A stretch of 62,867 nt of DNA. Origin: Alphaproteobacteria bacterium. GTDB taxonomy: Bacteria > Pseudomonadota > Alphaproteobacteria > JAJFIK01. Both the position numbers and the translations under genes were made by a program. The stretch covers positions 1 to 62,867 of the forward strand of contig JBKHIN010000001.1 in assembly GCA_046538635.1 (NCBI GenBank). The letters are read 5' to 3'. Positions within the stretch are counted from its first letter, which is position 1. Every line of letters starts with the position of its first letter. Shown here in pieces: positions 20,242 through 30,343 of this stretch. The notes beneath the pieces are model-generated. The model was not told the DNA's origin, made no database searches, and was given only the letters and a program-made list of their open reading frames with translations.

Positions 20242-21111
20242 ATGGAACGGGTCCTGACCGGTGAATTGATGCGGGGCCGGCGCGGCCTCGTCATGGGCGT
20301 GGCCAACGACCACTCGATCGCCTGGGGCATCGCGAAGCTGCTTGCCTCTCACGGTGCGGAGCTGGCCTTCACCTATCAGGGCGCGGCTTTCGAGCGTCGC
20401 GTTCGTCCGCTCGCCGAAAGCGTCAATGCCGCCCATCTTCTGCAAGCGGACGTTGAGGATAACGCCTCTCTCGATACGGCGTTCGAGACGCTCGGCAAGA
20501 GTTGGGGCCGGCTCGATTTTCTGATCCACGCGATCGCCTTCTCGGACCGCAATGAACTGAAAGGCCGCTATGTGGACACGAGCCGCGAGAATTTCCGCCG
20601 CTCGCTCGATATCTCCTGCTATTCGTTCACGGACGTTGCAAGGCGTGCGCGGCCGCTGATGCTGAACTCGCAGGCCCCCGGCGGGCCGGGGCTTCTGACG
20701 CTCAGCTATGCGGGCTCCGAGCGGGTTTTCCCCAATTACAATGTCATGGGGGTGGCCAAGGCGGCGCTCGAGGCGAGCGTGCGCTATCTCGCCGTCGATC
20801 TGGGTGCGGAGGGGATCCGGGTGAACGCCGTTTCCGCGGGCCCCATGCGCACGCTCTCGGGCGCGGCCATCGGCGAGGCGCGCGCCATGTTCAAATGGAC
20901 GCGCCTGCATGCCGCCGTCCGCCGCGGCCTCGATCTGGACGATGTGGGAGGCGCGGCGCTCTATCTGCTGAGCGACCTTTCGGGCGGCGTTACCGGTGAG
21001 GTTCACCATGTGGACTGCGGCTACAACGTCGTCGGCATGCCGCGCATCTCCGACCTGAAGGCGCAAGGGCTCTCCGACAAGGATCTGAAGGAGGATGCGG
21101 GGGACGTTTGA
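20242..21111 (+). CDS. fabI: Enoyl-ACP reductase (NADH)
   Basis: ATG at 20242 after GAGGGGAG. Motifs GLVMGVANDHSIAWGIA and YNVMGVAKAALE (Y-x6-K). Confidence 0.93.
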   Translation: MERVLTGELMRGRRGLVMGVANDHSIAWGIAKLLASHGAELAFTYQGAAFERRVRPLAESVNAAHLLQADVEDNASLDTAFETLGKSWGRLDFLIHAIAFSDRNELKGRYVDTSRENFRRSLDISCYSFTDVARRARPLMLNSQAPGGPGLLTLSYAGSERVFPNYNVMGVAKAALEASVRYLAVDLGAEGIRVNAVSAGPMRTLSGAAIGEARAMFKWTRLHAAVRRGLDLDDVGGAALYLLSDLSGGVTGEVHHVDCGYNVVGMPRISDLKAQGLSDKDLKEDAGDV

Positions 21112-21135
21112 TTCTGCGGCGGGTTCCGCGCCCTG

Positions 21136-21164
21136 AAAAAAGGGCGGCACGAGGCCGCCCTTTT
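21136..21164. terminator. Bidirectional Rho-independent terminator between fabI and pnp
   Basis: AAAAAA-GGGCGGC-acgag-GCCGCCC-TTTT. The stem is a perfect 7 bp flanked by an A-tract and a T-tract. Confidence 0.75.
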
Positions 21165-21185
21165 AACGTTCTGCCTGCAGAAGAA

Positions 21186-23318
21186 TTATTCCGCGGGCTG
21201 CGTTTCCTTCTTCTTCGTCAGGTCCTCGCCCGTTTCCTGATCCACCACCTTCATGGACAGCCGAACCTTGCCGCGGTCGTCGAAGCCCATGAGCTTGACC
21301 TTCACGGAATCGCCTTCCGTCACCACGTCGGTGACCTTGCCCACCTTGCGGTCGGCAAGCTGGGAGATATGCACAAGTCCGTCACGGGTGCCGAAGAAAT
21401 TCACGAAGGCGCCGAAATCCACGACCTTGACCACCTTGCCGTCATAGATCTCGCCCACTTCCGGTTCGGCCGTGATGGACTTGATCCATTTCAGGGCGGC
21501 GTCGATGGTCGCCTGATCGGGCGAGGCCACCTTCACCGTGCCGTCGTCGCTGATGTCGACCTTGGCGCCCGTGGTTTCCGTGATTTCGCGGATTATCTTG
21601 CCGCCGGTTCCGATCACGTCGCGAATCTTCTCCACGGGGATGGTGATGACCTCAATGCGCGGGGCATAGGCTCCAAGCTCGGTGCGGGCCTCGGAGATTG
21701 CCTTGCTCATTTCGTTCAGAATGTGCAGGCGGCCGTCCCGGGCCTGGTTGAGCGCCGTCTCCATGATCTCCCGGGTAATGCCGGTGATCTTGATGTCCAT
21801 CTGCAGGGAGGTGACACCCTCCGACGTGCCGGCGACCTTGAAGTCCATATCGCCCAGATGGTCTTCGTCCCCGAGAATGTCGGAAAGGACTGCGAACCGG
21901 TCGTCGTCCTTGATGAGGCCCATGGCGATGCCGGCCACCGGCCGCTTCAGGGGCACGCCGCCGTCCATGAGCGACAGCGACGTTCCGCACACGGTCGCCA
22001 TCGACGAGGAACCGTTCGACTCGGTGATCTCGGAGACCACACGGATCGTATACGGAAAATCCATCCTGTCCGGCAGCATGGCGCGGATCGCCCGCCAGGC
22101 GAGCTTGCCGTGTCCCACTTCGCGCCGTCCCGTGAAGCCCACGCGGCCCGTCTCGCCCACCGAATAGGGCGGGAAATTGTAGTGCAGCATGAAATTTTCA
22201 CGGTAAGTGCCTTCCAGCGCGTCCACGAACTGTTCGTCATCGCCCGTGCCCAGAGTGGTGACCACCAGCGCCTGGGTCTCGCCGCGCGTGAAGAGCGCGG
22301 AACCGTGGGCACGGGGCAGGATGCCCACTTCGGCCTCGATGGGGCGTACGGTCTGCAAGTCGCGGCCGTCAATGCGCTGCCCTGTCTCCAGGATGCCGCC
22401 GCGGACAATGTTTTTCTCCACCGACTTGAACACCTTGTCGAGCAGCGTCGGGTCCGCGGGCTCGGCGCTTTCCTCGCCAAACGCGGCATACATCTTGTCG
22501 CGCGTGGCGGCGATCGCCTCCTGACGCTCCGTCTTTCCCGCAATCCGGTAGGCCGCGCGCAGATCCTCCTCGATCAGTGGACGGACCTTTGCCTCGATCT
22601 CGGAAAGATCGGCTTTCTCGACGCTCCAGGGCTCCTTTGCGCATTCCTCGGCCAGCGAAATGATGGCCTCGATGACGGGCTTCATCTGCTCGTGCCCGAA
22701 CATGACGGCGCCCAGCATGACATCTTCGCTGAGTTCGCTGGCCTGCGATTCCACCATCAGCACGGCGTCACCGGTGCCGGCGACCACGAGATCGAGCGCC
22801 GATTCCGGCAGGTCGTCGATATAGGGATTGAGCTTGTATTCGCCCGCGATATAGCCGACCCGGGCGGCCCCGATGGGGCCCATGAAGGGCAGGCCGGAAA
22901 TGGTCAGCGCGGCGGAGGCCGCCACCATGGCAACGACATCCGGATCGTTCTCCATGTCGTGGCTGAGCACCGTGACGGTCACCTGCGTGTCGTTCATGTA
23001 GCCTTCGGCGAACAGCGGCCTTATGGGCCGGTCGATCAGGCGGCTGGTCAGCGTCTCTTTCTCGGACGGACGCCCCTCGCGTTTGAAGAAACCGCCGGGA
23101 ATCTTGCCCGCAGCGTAGGTCTTTTCCTGATAGTTGACGGTAAGGGGGAAGAAATCCTGTCCGGGTTTGACCGTACGATCGCCTACGACGGCGGCAAGCA
23201 CCGAGGTGTCGCCATAGGTGACAACGACGGCGCCGTCCGCCTGGCGGGCCACCTTGCCCGTCTCGAGGGTCAGCGTCCGGCCGCCCCATTCAATGGATTT
23301 CCGATGGATGGAAAACAT
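21186..23318 (-). CDS. pnp: Polyribonucleotide nucleotidyltransferase (PNPase)
   Basis: 710 aa from the ATG at 23318 ([16 protein letters not shown]). Two RNase PH domains plus KH and S1 domains. Confidence 0.97.
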   Translation of the reverse strand: MFSIHRKSIEWGGRTLTLETGKVARQADGAVVVTYGDTSVLAAVVGDRTVKPGQDFFPLTVNYQEKTYAAGKIPGGFFKREGRPSEKETLTSRLIDRPIRPLFAEGYMNDTQVTVTVLSHDMENDPDVVAMVAASAALTISGLPFMGPIGAARVGYIAGEYKLNPYIDDLPESALDLVVAGTGDAVLMVESQASELSEDVMLGAVMFGHEQMKPVIEAIISLAEECAKEPWSVEKADLSEIEAKVRPLIEEDLRAAYRIAGKTERQEAIAATRDKMYAAFGEESAEPADPTLLDKVFKSVEKNIVRGGILETGQRIDGRDLQTVRPIEAEVGILPRAHGSALFTRGETQALVVTTLGTGDDEQFVDALEGTYRENFMLHYNFPPYSVGETGRVGFTGRREVGHGKLAWRAIRAMLPDRMDFPYTIRVVSEITESNGSSSMATVCGTSLSLMDGGVPLKRPVAGIAMGLIKDDDRFAVLSDILGDEDHLGDMDFKVAGTSEGVTSLQMDIKITGITREIMETALNQARDGRLHILNEMSKAISEARTELGAYAPRIEVITIPVEKIRDVIGTGGKIIREITETTGAKVDISDDGTVKVASPDQATIDAALKWIKSITAEPEVGEIYDGKVVKVVDFGAFVNFFGTRDGLVHISQLADRKVGKVTDVVTEGDSVKVKLMGFDDRGKVRLSMKVVDQETGEDLTKKKETQPAE

Positions 23319-23430
23319 TTCGGTCTTGATCCTTACTTTTGGCCGCATCCCCGGCACGGGCCCCATGCCCGCACCAGTTCCCCGCATCGTTGCGTTCCTG
23401 CCTGCCGGCGGGGTCTATGCGGCAGTTCGC

Positions 23431-23469
23431 ATAAAGACCGGGCCGGCGCTCTCCTCGAGCCCGGCCCGG
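23431..23469 (-). terminator. rpsO terminator/attenuator hairpin in the rpsO-pnp spacer
   Basis: On the minus strand, CCGGGCCGG-14 nt-CCGGCCCGG (9-bp stem) is followed by TCTTTAT. Lies 10 nt after the rpsO stop, in the 160-nt pnp leader. Confidence 0.55.
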
Positions 23470-23478
23470 CGGTGCGCC

Positions 23479-23748
23479 CTAACGGCGCAGTCCCAACTGG
23501 CCAATCAGGGTTTGATAACGCGCCTGATCCCTGGCCTTGAGATAATCGAGTAACCGGCGGCGCTTGGACACCATTTTCAAGAGCCCTCGCCGGGAATGAT
23601 TGTCCTTCTTGTGGCCCTGGAAATGGCCGGTGAGATTGACGATCCTTTCGGTGAGGATGGCCACCTGAACCTCCGGCGAACCGGTGTCGCCCTCTCCGCG
23701 CCCATATTCCCGGACCAGTTCGGATTTGCGTTCGGGTGTAATCGACAT
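23479..23748 (-). CDS. rpsO: 30S ribosomal protein S15
   Basis: 89 aa: [12 protein letters not shown]...[31 protein letters not shown]. Confidence 0.97.
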   Translation of the reverse strand: MSITPERKSELVREYGRGEGDTGSPEVQVAILTERIVNLTGHFQGHKKDNHSRRGLLKMVSKRRRLLDYLKARDQARYQTLIGQLGLRR

Positions 23749-23759
23749 CGGGTCCCTTT

Positions 23760-24704
23760 CTATAACGGGATGTTGAACACGCGCGTGGGCTTGAGCGCGC
23801 CCCGGTCGAAACGGCAAAGCGCGACGGGCCGCCCCTTCAGGGAGCACAGCACCACCGCATCCGAGGTTCCGCCGGGATGTGCCGCCTTCACGCGGCCCAG
23901 GACCGCCTCGTCCCGCAACAGAATGGACTGGCCATTCCTCAGGCGGGTGGCGTCATTTCCGGTCACGGCCAGGGCCGGGATGTCGTCCAGCGCGGTCTCG
24001 ACCGGAAGCAGTTCGTCCTTGGCGGCGGCACTATGGCCCAACTCCACCCATTTATCCAGTGGAATTGCTTGCGTCTCGCCAAACGCGCCCACGCGTGTCC
24101 GGCGGATTTCGTGCACATGGCCGAAAGTGCCCAGAGCACGCGCCAGATCGCGCACCAGAGAGCGCACATAGGTGCCCTTGCCGCAGCGCATTTCGAAAAC
24201 GGCATGGCCGGAATCGGGGACCGAGAGCAGCCGCAGGCCGTGAACGTGAACGATACGCGGCTCCAGCTCGACACTCTCGCCCGCCCGCGCCAGATCGTAG
24301 GCGCGTTCGCCGTCCACCTTGATGGCGGAAAAGACAGGCGGCACCTGCGAGATCTCCCCGACGAAGCGGGGCAGGACGGCCTCGATTTCTTCCGGCGCCG
24401 GACGGTGATCGGACGTTTCGGTGACTTCGCCCTCGCGGTCGTCCGTTGCGCGCGCCTCGCCCCATCTGGCGGTGAAGCGGTACACCTTCTCGGCATCCAT
24501 GACATAGGGAATGGTCTTGGTCGCCTCGCCCAGCGCGACCGCGAGGATGCCCGTCGCCAGCGGATCCAGCGTGCCGCCATGGCCCGCCTTGCGGGCGTTC
24601 AGCGCCCGGCGCACACGGTTGACCGCTTCGGTCGATGTGAGACCGAAGGGCTTGTCGACCACCGCCCAGCCGTGAATGTCTTCGCCCTTGCGTCTACGAG
24701 CCAT
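23760..24704 (-). CDS. truB: tRNA pseudouridine(55) synthase
   Basis: 314 aa with the catalytic motif [12 protein letters not shown] and a TruB N-terminus [14 protein letters not shown]. Confidence 0.95.
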   Translation of the reverse strand: MARRRKGEDIHGWAVVDKPFGLTSTEAVNRVRRALNARKAGHGGTLDPLATGILAVALGEATKTIPYVMDAEKVYRFTARWGEARATDDREGEVTETSDHRPAPEEIEAVLPRFVGEISQVPPVFSAIKVDGERAYDLARAGESVELEPRIVHVHGLRLLSVPDSGHAVFEMRCGKGTYVRSLVRDLARALGTFGHVHEIRRTRVGAFGETQAIPLDKWVELGHSAAAKDELLPVETALDDIPALAVTGNDATRLRNGQSILLRDEAVLGRVKAAHPGGTSDAVVLCSLKGRPVALCRFDRGALKPTRVFNIPL

Positions 24705-25057
24705 GGCACCACCATGTCCAAAAAGCGGGGCCGGTCAATCCGGTGTGCGCCGCTGCCGGCGCTTTCCGGCGCAACCCGTTTTCCGGCGGATCAGAGACCG
24801 GCCGCTCCGCGATCGGCGGCTTCCCAAAACGCCGAACCTCAGCGATCCGGCCGCAAATCACGGCCCGAAATAGAACATTGAACAAACTTTTACGTGCACG
24901 TTTCCGTTTCTTTATCGCCATTTCATCTGGATTGAAAGCGGCCTTGATGGCAGTCGCTGTCCGGAATTCATCACTTCGGCAACATTTGTTGTGGAAAGAA
25001 GGCGCGTTTTGAGCAACCTTTCGGGGTTCGATCCGGCGGAATGCAAGGACCCAGAAA

Positions 25058-26083
25058 ATGGCAGCCGAATTGGACGCGGAAGGAGAGAAGAGGACGGAGC
25101 CGGCCCCTCCGCAATATGACCCGAAGGAGAAGTTCCAGCTTGTTCTCGACGAAGCGCTCGCCTTCGAAAAGGACCTGGATGCCCTCGTGAATCCGTGGAT
25201 TGCCCTTGGCAAACGACTCGTCACCAGCCGGCTGTGGTTCGCGGTGGCCGCCTTCGTGGTGACCGTGGCGTTGGGCATCGCCGCTTTCATGCAGCTCGAG
25301 CAACCGTTCCGGCCCGCCATTGTCATCATTGCCAGCCCTCTCGCCTGGGCCGCATGGACGGGCATTCTCATGATTGCGGCACGGACAGAAGGCATCGGCG
25401 TGCGGGGTTCGGAGGGAATGGCGCACACGGTTTCCGAATTGAAGAACGTGCTCCAAACCATGTACGCCTCCCTGAAGAGCGATCAGAAGGCGTGCGAGAA
25501 AGGAATTGTTCACTACAGTAACCACCTGGCAGCCGAGGATCTGATCGAATTGTGCAATGTACGTATTCGGGGCCTGTTTGTTCATCAGCGGGCCCTGCGG
25601 CGTGTCGGCCTGCTGAACGACGAGTGCAAGGCGCTTCTGGGGAATGCACGCAGCCTGGCAATCATTTGTCCGCTTGCGATTATCGTTCTGGCCGGCGCTA
25701 CCTTCGCGTTTCCTTTCTTCTTTGCAGAGAAGATCGCCCCCTGGGCGACGACGGACTTGCTGATGCGGGCAGCAGTGCTGGTGGTGGCCGGGCTTGTCGT
25801 TTCCTTCCTGCCCTTCGTGTTGGCTTTCAAATTCGTGCGCATGGTTCAGCGCAGATTGAGTGAAGCGATTGAGAAGTACTGGGACGTAAAACCGTTCGAA
25901 TTCGACAGCACCGGTCCAATCACGGAGGAGTTCAGGCGGATTTCAGCCGGCTGGGAAAAATGCAAACAGATGCGTGAGCAGATGAATTCGAACGCGAACC
26001 ACTCGTTCGCCCCGCGGCCGCAAGGCGGCAAGCTTGCCCTCCCCGCACCGGCGGAAGAGGACAAGGGGCCCGCCGGGGCATAG
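25058..26083 (+). CDS. Orphan four-TM membrane protein, no recognisable family
   Basis: 341-aa ORF; ATG at 25058 follows AAGGA by 8 nt. Predicted TM helices lie at about residues 58-78, 86-107, 199-221 and 233-257, separated by a helical soluble segment of about 90 aa. Lower GC and many A/T-ending codons relative to neighbours. Oriented against the flanking operon. Confidence 0.65.
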   Translation: MAAELDAEGEKRTEPAPPQYDPKEKFQLVLDEALAFEKDLDALVNPWIALGKRLVTSRLWFAVAAFVVTVALGIAAFMQLEQPFRPAIVIIASPLAWAAWTGILMIAARTEGIGVRGSEGMAHTVSELKNVLQTMYASLKSDQKACEKGIVHYSNHLAAEDLIELCNVRIRGLFVHQRALRRVGLLNDECKALLGNARSLAIICPLAIIVLAGATFAFPFFFAEKIAPWATTDLLMRAAVLVVAGLVVSFLPFVLAFKFVRMVQRRLSEAIEKYWDVKPFEFDSTGPITEEFRRISAGWEKCKQMREQMNSNANHSFAPRPQGGKLALPAPAEEDKGPAGA

Positions 26084-26125
26084 CCGAACGCCTTGGAGCG
26101 GCACCGCCATGCGGCGGAAGGCGAC

Positions 26126-26560
26126 TCACGGCCGGAATTCCTGGTCGTCGTCCGGGTCGGACCCGTCCTGCGCGGTAAGATCCGCGGCTACCTTTTCCGA
26201 GCGCAGGAGGTCCTCGACGCGCTGCGCCTCGTCAAAGGACGTGTCCTCGATGAAGGTGAGGTCGGGCGTGAACTTGGTTTCGATGCGCCGGCCCAGTTCG
26301 CCGCGCAGATAGCGGCGGCTGCGCTTGAGCCCTTTCAGCAACGGCCCGGCATCGCCCCCGCCCAGCGGTGCGACGAACACGGTAGCGTTCTTCAAGTCGG
26401 GGCTGACGCGCACCTCCGATACGGTGATGATGGTGTTTTCGACATCCGGATCGCGAAGTTCGCCCCGGGCGAAAATCTCCGACAAGGTATGCCGGATCAG
26501 TTCGCCTACGCGAAGCTGACGCTGGGAAGGGCCTTTTGCGGCCCGGCGATGTGCTGGCAT
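26126..26560 (-). CDS. rbfA: Ribosome-binding factor A
   Basis: 144 aa: RQLRVGELIRHTLSEIF...VTVSEVRVSPDLKNATVFV. Confidence 0.93.
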   Translation of the reverse strand: MPAHRRAAKGPSQRQLRVGELIRHTLSEIFARGELRDPDVENTIITVSEVRVSPDLKNATVFVAPLGGGDAGPLLKGLKRSRRYLRGELGRRIETKFTPDLTFIEDTSFDEAQRVEDLLRSEKVAADLTAQDGSDPDDDQEFRP

Positions 26561-26590
26561 TGGTCCGTATCCGTTGAAAAGAGAGCCGCC

Positions 26591-27037
26591 TCACTCGAAC
26601 AGGGCCGCGACGTCCTCCGGCAATTCCGGGCCCGTAAATGGATTACGGACGTTTACGCCGGCGTGTTCCGCACCGTCCTGCATATCCTCGCTGAGCAGAA
26701 GGGTGCAACCCGCACTCGCGGCAGTGGAGACGAGCAGTGCGTCCCAGTAGGACAGAAGCCCGCTTTCGTGAAACTCCAGCGCGCGGTCCACATCTCTGGC
26801 ATTCGCAGCAACTATGTTGAAAATCTCCAGCCAGTCGCGGGCCTGTGCGATAATCTCGGAAGGTTCACCGATCCTTTTGCGCACCCCAACATGGGCGAAC
26901 TCGCCCACGGACTGAAGTGTCAGAACGCAATCGATTTCCGCTGACCGGGCCACGACATGCGCTGCGCGCCGGTGTTTTTCCCCGGCGTCGATGGCAGCCG
27001 CATAAACGAGGATGTTGGTGTCCAGAGAAAACCGCAC
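26591..27037 (-). CDS. vapC: PIN-domain toxin (VapC family)
   Basis: 148 aa. The GTG start directly abuts the antitoxin stop (TGAGTG). PIN acidic residues lie in the SLDTNILVYA and LLSEDMQD contexts. Confidence 0.85.
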   Translation of the reverse strand: MRFSLDTNILVYAAAIDAGEKHRRAAHVVARSAEIDCVLTLQSVGEFAHVGVRKRIGEPSEIIAQARDWLEIFNIVAANARDVDRALEFHESGLLSYWDALLVSTAASAGCTLLLSEDMQDGAEHAGVNVRNPFTGPELPEDVAALFE

Positions 27038-27328
27038 TCAGTCCTCGTGAAAGCCGGGGGACTTTTCGGAAATCATTTCATCGTAGATCTCATCCCGGCT
27101 GGGCATTTTGCCGCCGAGGCGCAGCAGTCCCTTTTCCATTCGTTGCCGCGTGCGCTCCAACGCCGCCTGCTGCTTGGGTGTCAGAGCCCGCTTGCCGGTC
27201 TGTACGGGCGACAGGCGCGCAATCGCGCGCCCGCGTTTGGTGATGATGAAGGTTTCGCCCGCCTCGACCTGCTCGAGACATTTCGAGAGCGTCTGATTGG
27301 CCTCGCGGACGCTGATTTCCTTGTCCAT
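27038..27328 (-). CDS. vapB: Phd/YefM-type antitoxin
   Basis: 96 aa from the ATG at 27328 after GGAGGA. N-terminus MDKEISVREANQTLSKCLEQVEAGETFIITKRGRAIARLSPV is typical of Phd/YefM antitoxins. Confidence 0.8.
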   Translation of the reverse strand: MDKEISVREANQTLSKCLEQVEAGETFIITKRGRAIARLSPVQTGKRALTPKQQAALERTRQRMEKGLLRLGGKMPSRDEIYDEMISEKSPGFHED

Positions 27329-27358
27329 AACATCCTCCACCGGCGCCGATGCAGCTCC

Positions 27359-27381
27359 GATGTGGGACACATAGTGGGACA
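27359..27381 (-). promoter_or_regulatory. Candidate vapBC operator (direct repeat plus palindrome)
   Basis: GTGGGACA occurs twice (27362-27369 and 27374-27381). The first copy is embedded in the palindrome ATGTG-GGA-CACAT. The site lies 31-53 nt upstream of the vapB ATG. Confidence 0.4.
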
Positions 27382-27423
27382 ACCGGCCTCACACAAGGAG
27401 AAAGTCCGACAGGTCCGGCTCGG

Positions 27424-30024
27424 CTACAGCGTCCGCTTGACCTCCTCGACCTCGAAGCACTCGATCTGATCGCCCTTCTGCAGATCCTGATAGTTCTCGA
27501 AGGCCATGCCGCATTCCTGGCCGGCGTTCACCTCCTTGACCTCGTCCTTGTAGCGCTTGAGCGTGCTGAGCTTGCCCTCGTGGATGACCACGTTGTCGCG
27601 CAGCAGCCGCACCCGGTTGCCGCGGCGCACCACGCCCTCGGTCACCCGGCAGCCGGCCACCTTGCCCACCTTGGAAATGTTGAACACCTCCAGAATTTCC
27701 GCATAGCCGAGGAAGGTTTCGCGGATCGTGGGCGCCAGCAGCCCCGACATGGCGGCTTTCACATCATCCACCAGATCGTAGATCACCGAATAATAGCGAA
27801 TCTCGATGTTCTGCTGGGCCGCCAGATCCCGGGCCTGACGGTTGGCGCGGACGTTGAAGGCGATGATCGGCGCACCCGTCGCCTGGGCCAGAATGACGTC
27901 CGATTCAGTGATGCCGCCTACGGCCGCATGCACCGGCCGGGCCGCGACTTCCTCGGTGGAGATCTGCTCCAGCGATCCGGTAATTGCCTCGACGGAGCCC
28001 TGTACGTCGCCCTTGATGACGACCGGAAACTCCTTCTTGTCGGTGGCCTTGAGCTGGGAGAGCATCTGCTCCAGCGAGCCGCGCGCCGGGCCGCCCGCCA
28101 CCTGCGTCTCACGGCGCTTGCGCTGCCGGTATTCGGTGATTTCGCGTGCCCGGGACTCGTTTTCGACGACGGCGAACACGTCACCCGCCTCCGGCGTGCC
28201 GGAAAGGCCCAGCACCTCCACGGGCACGGTGGGGCCGGCCTCGTCGGCCTGAACGCCGCGATCGTTGATCAGCGCCCGGACCTTGCCCCATTCGGTGCCC
28301 GCAACGAAGATGTCGCCCACACGAAGCGTGCCCCGCTGCACGATAACGGTCGCCACGGGCCCCCGGCCCTTGTCGAGCTTGGCTTCCACCACCACGCCCT
28401 CGGCCGAACGGTCGGGATTGGCCTTCAGCTCCATGATCTCGGCCTGGAGCAGAATGGCCTCTTCCAGCTTGTCGAGATTGAGCTGTTCCTTGGCGGAGAT
28501 CTCCACGTCCTGCACGTCGCCGCCCATGCTCTCCACGACCACCTCGTGCTGGAGGAGTTCATTGCGGACCTTGTCGGGATTGGCGTCCGGCTTGTCGATC
28601 TTGTTGATGGCAACAATGACCGGCACCTCCGCCGCGCGGGCGTGATTGATCGCCTCCACGGTCTGGGGCATGACGCCGTCATCGGCGGCCGCCACCAGCA
28701 CGACGATATCCGTCACCTTCGCGCCGCGGGCGCGCATGGCGGTGAAGGCCGCATGGCCCGGCGTATCCAGGAAGGTGATCCGTTGTCCCGAAGGCACGAC
28801 GATCTGATAGGCCCCGATGTGCTGGGTGATGCCGCCCGCTTCTCCTGAAACGACGTCGGCTTCGCGCAGGGCGTCGAGCAGCGACGTCTTGCCGTGGTCC
28901 ACATGACCCATGATGGTAACGACCGGCGGACGGGACACGAGATCCTCTTCCTTGTCCTCTTCCCCGATGAAGCCTTCCTCAACGTCCGCTTCGGAAACCC
29001 GTTTCACGGTGTGGCCGTACTCCTCGACAATCAGTTCGGCGGTATCGGCATCGATGGGGTCGTTCATCTTGGCCATGACGCCCTGTTTCATCAGCACCTT
29101 GATGACATCGACGGCGCGGATGGCCATGCGGTTGGCGAGTTCCTGCACGGTGATGATTTCCGGAATCACCACCTCGCGCACCACCTTCTGAGGCGCCTCG
29201 GAACCGCCGCCGCGCGCCTTGCGCTTTTCCCGCTCCCGCGCCCGGCGCATGGCCGAGAGACTGCGCGTGCGCTCATCGCCGTCGGACAGTGCCTGATTGA
29301 TGGTCAGCTTGCCGGCGCGCCGGCGCGGCTGGCTGCGGCGCGCCGGTGCAGGCTTGGGCGTCTCGGGCTTGGCGCGTTTGACCCGGCCGCCGAGCTTGCC
29401 GTCTGCATCTTCGCCTGCCTCGGGGCGCGTCTTCGCCCTGGGCGGTGCAGGCCTTGGCTGCTCGGGTGCGGAATCCGCCTCTTTCGGGACCTCGGCAGGC
29501 TTCGCCTCGCCGGCTTCGCGGCGGGCTTCCTCCTCGGCGCGGCGGCGCGCGTCCTCCTCTTCTTCCTGCTTGCGGGCCTCTTCGCGTTCGGCGGCCCTGC
29601 GCTTCTCTTCTTCGGCGCGCCGCGCCCGTTCCTCTTCCGCCCGCTTCTGTTCCTCGATTTCGCGCACCTTGGCCTGGCTCAAGGCGGCCATGCGCTTCGA
29701 TTTCTCTTCTTCGGTGAGGGTACGCAGGACAGCGCCCTCTTTGGCGGGCTTCTGTTCACCGCCCTCCGGCTTTTTGGCAGGACGGGCCTCGGGGGCCGGT
29801 TTGGCGGCGGCCTTTTTCGCGGCAGGCGCAGCCGTATCGGCGCCATCGCCCTTGGAGATAACGCGCTTGCGCTTCTTTTCCACAACCACCTTCTTGGTAC
29901 GGCCATGGGAAAAGCTCTGGCGTACGGTCCCCGTTCCCGAACCGCCTTTCAGGCTCAGGGGTTTGCGCCCGGAGGAGCCCGAGGAACGTTCGCGCGTCCG
30001 ATTGATGTCTTTCGTGTCGTTCAC
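27424..30024 (-). CDS. infB: Translation initiation factor IF-2
   Basis: GTP-binding domain ([21 protein letters not shown]). The N-terminus (V)NDTKD...LSLKG...[10 protein letters not shown] fits alphaproteobacterial IF-2, so I chose the GTG at 30024. The ORF stays open up to 30210. Confidence 0.9.
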   Translation of the reverse strand: MNDTKDINRTRERSSGSSGRKPLSLKGGSGTGTVRQSFSHGRTKKVVVEKKRKRVISKGDGADTAAPAAKKAAAKPAPEARPAKKPEGGEQKPAKEGAVLRTLTEEEKSKRMAALSQAKVREIEEQKRAEEERARRAEEEKRRAAEREEARKQEEEEDARRRAEEEARREAGEAKPAEVPKEADSAPEQPRPAPPRAKTRPEAGEDADGKLGGRVKRAKPETPKPAPARRSQPRRRAGKLTINQALSDGDERTRSLSAMRRAREREKRKARGGGSEAPQKVVREVVIPEIITVQELANRMAIRAVDVIKVLMKQGVMAKMNDPIDADTAELIVEEYGHTVKRVSEADVEEGFIGEEDKEEDLVSRPPVVTIMGHVDHGKTSLLDALREADVVSGEAGGITQHIGAYQIVVPSGQRITFLDTPGHAAFTAMRARGAKVTDIVVLVAAADDGVMPQTVEAINHARAAEVPVIVAINKIDKPDANPDKVRNELLQHEVVVESMGGDVQDVEISAKEQLNLDKLEEAILLQAEIMELKANPDRSAEGVVVEAKLDKGRGPVATVIVQRGTLRVGDIFVAGTEWGKVRALINDRGVQADEAGPTVPVEVLGLSGTPEAGDVFAVVENESRAREITEYRQRKRRETQVAGGPARGSLEQMLSQLKATDKKEFPVVIKGDVQGSVEAITGSLEQISTEEVAARPVHAAVGGITESDVILAQATGAPIIAFNVRANRQARDLAAQQNIEIRYYSVIYDLVDDVKAAMSGLLAPTIRETFLGYAEILEVFNISKVGKVAGCRVTEGVVRRGNRVRLLRDNVVIHEGKLSTLKRYKDEVKEVNAGQECGMAFENYQDLQKGDQIECFEVEEVKRTL

Positions 30025-30343
30025 GTATCGCCCATTCAAATCAGGGACCCGCCCGCGCGGATCCTTTGCAAAACTTCCATGTACCGGCCCGGCAACCCGC
30101 CGGCGCCGCCACGCCTTCCGTGCCTCTTCGGGCGAAGGGCGGCGATTCCACTGCCGAAGGGGGTAGTGCCCCCGCCGCGCTGTTCGCGCCGCGCCCGGCG
30201 CCGAGGCCACCGTCTCGTCAGAGAAGCTCGGCCGGTATCCGCCGAAGGCGTGTCCGGCTGCCGCTCGATCCGGAAAAAACCGGCCCCGCAGTCCCGGCGC
30301 ACCATCGGAAGAGGCTACACATACAGCGGCCTTTCAGGGCGCC

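Noticed and set aside
21108-23540. 810-aa plus-strand ORF opposite pnp
   Set aside because: It is antisense to PNPase, low-complexity and R/G/H/D-rich, with no motifs. It is a shadow ORF. The same reasoning applies to 13906-15750, 27349-28848, 28894-30399, 31006-32745, 39732-40931, 40913-43309, 44162-45685, 50958-52475 and 58303-60480.
25025-25034. GGTTCGATCC, a tRNA T-loop-like motif just upstream of the orphan gene; possible tRNA remnant or att site
   Set aside because: The flanking bases do not form a T-stem, acceptor stem or any cloverleaf. An isolated 10-mer in GC-rich DNA is not evidence for a tRNA fragment.
24694-25461. 255-aa minus-strand ORF overlapping the truB start and the orphan membrane gene
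   Set aside because: The translation is Ser/Ala/Arg-rich with no structure. It overlaps the truB N-terminus out of frame and is antisense to a better-supported ORF that has an RBS and clean TM architecture.
24857-26135. Short shared string CACGGCC near both ends of the orphan-gene insert, as possible target-site duplication
   Set aside because: Only 7-8 nt match. The right copy lies within the rbfA stop-codon region, and the string is GC-rich and expected by chance. It is not convincing as a direct repeat.
30025-30210. Upstream extension of infB to the GTG at 30210
   Set aside because: The extra 62 residues ([34 protein letters not shown]...) are not protein-like and precede the conserved IF-2 N-terminus. 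I retained the region only as a spacer worth checking.
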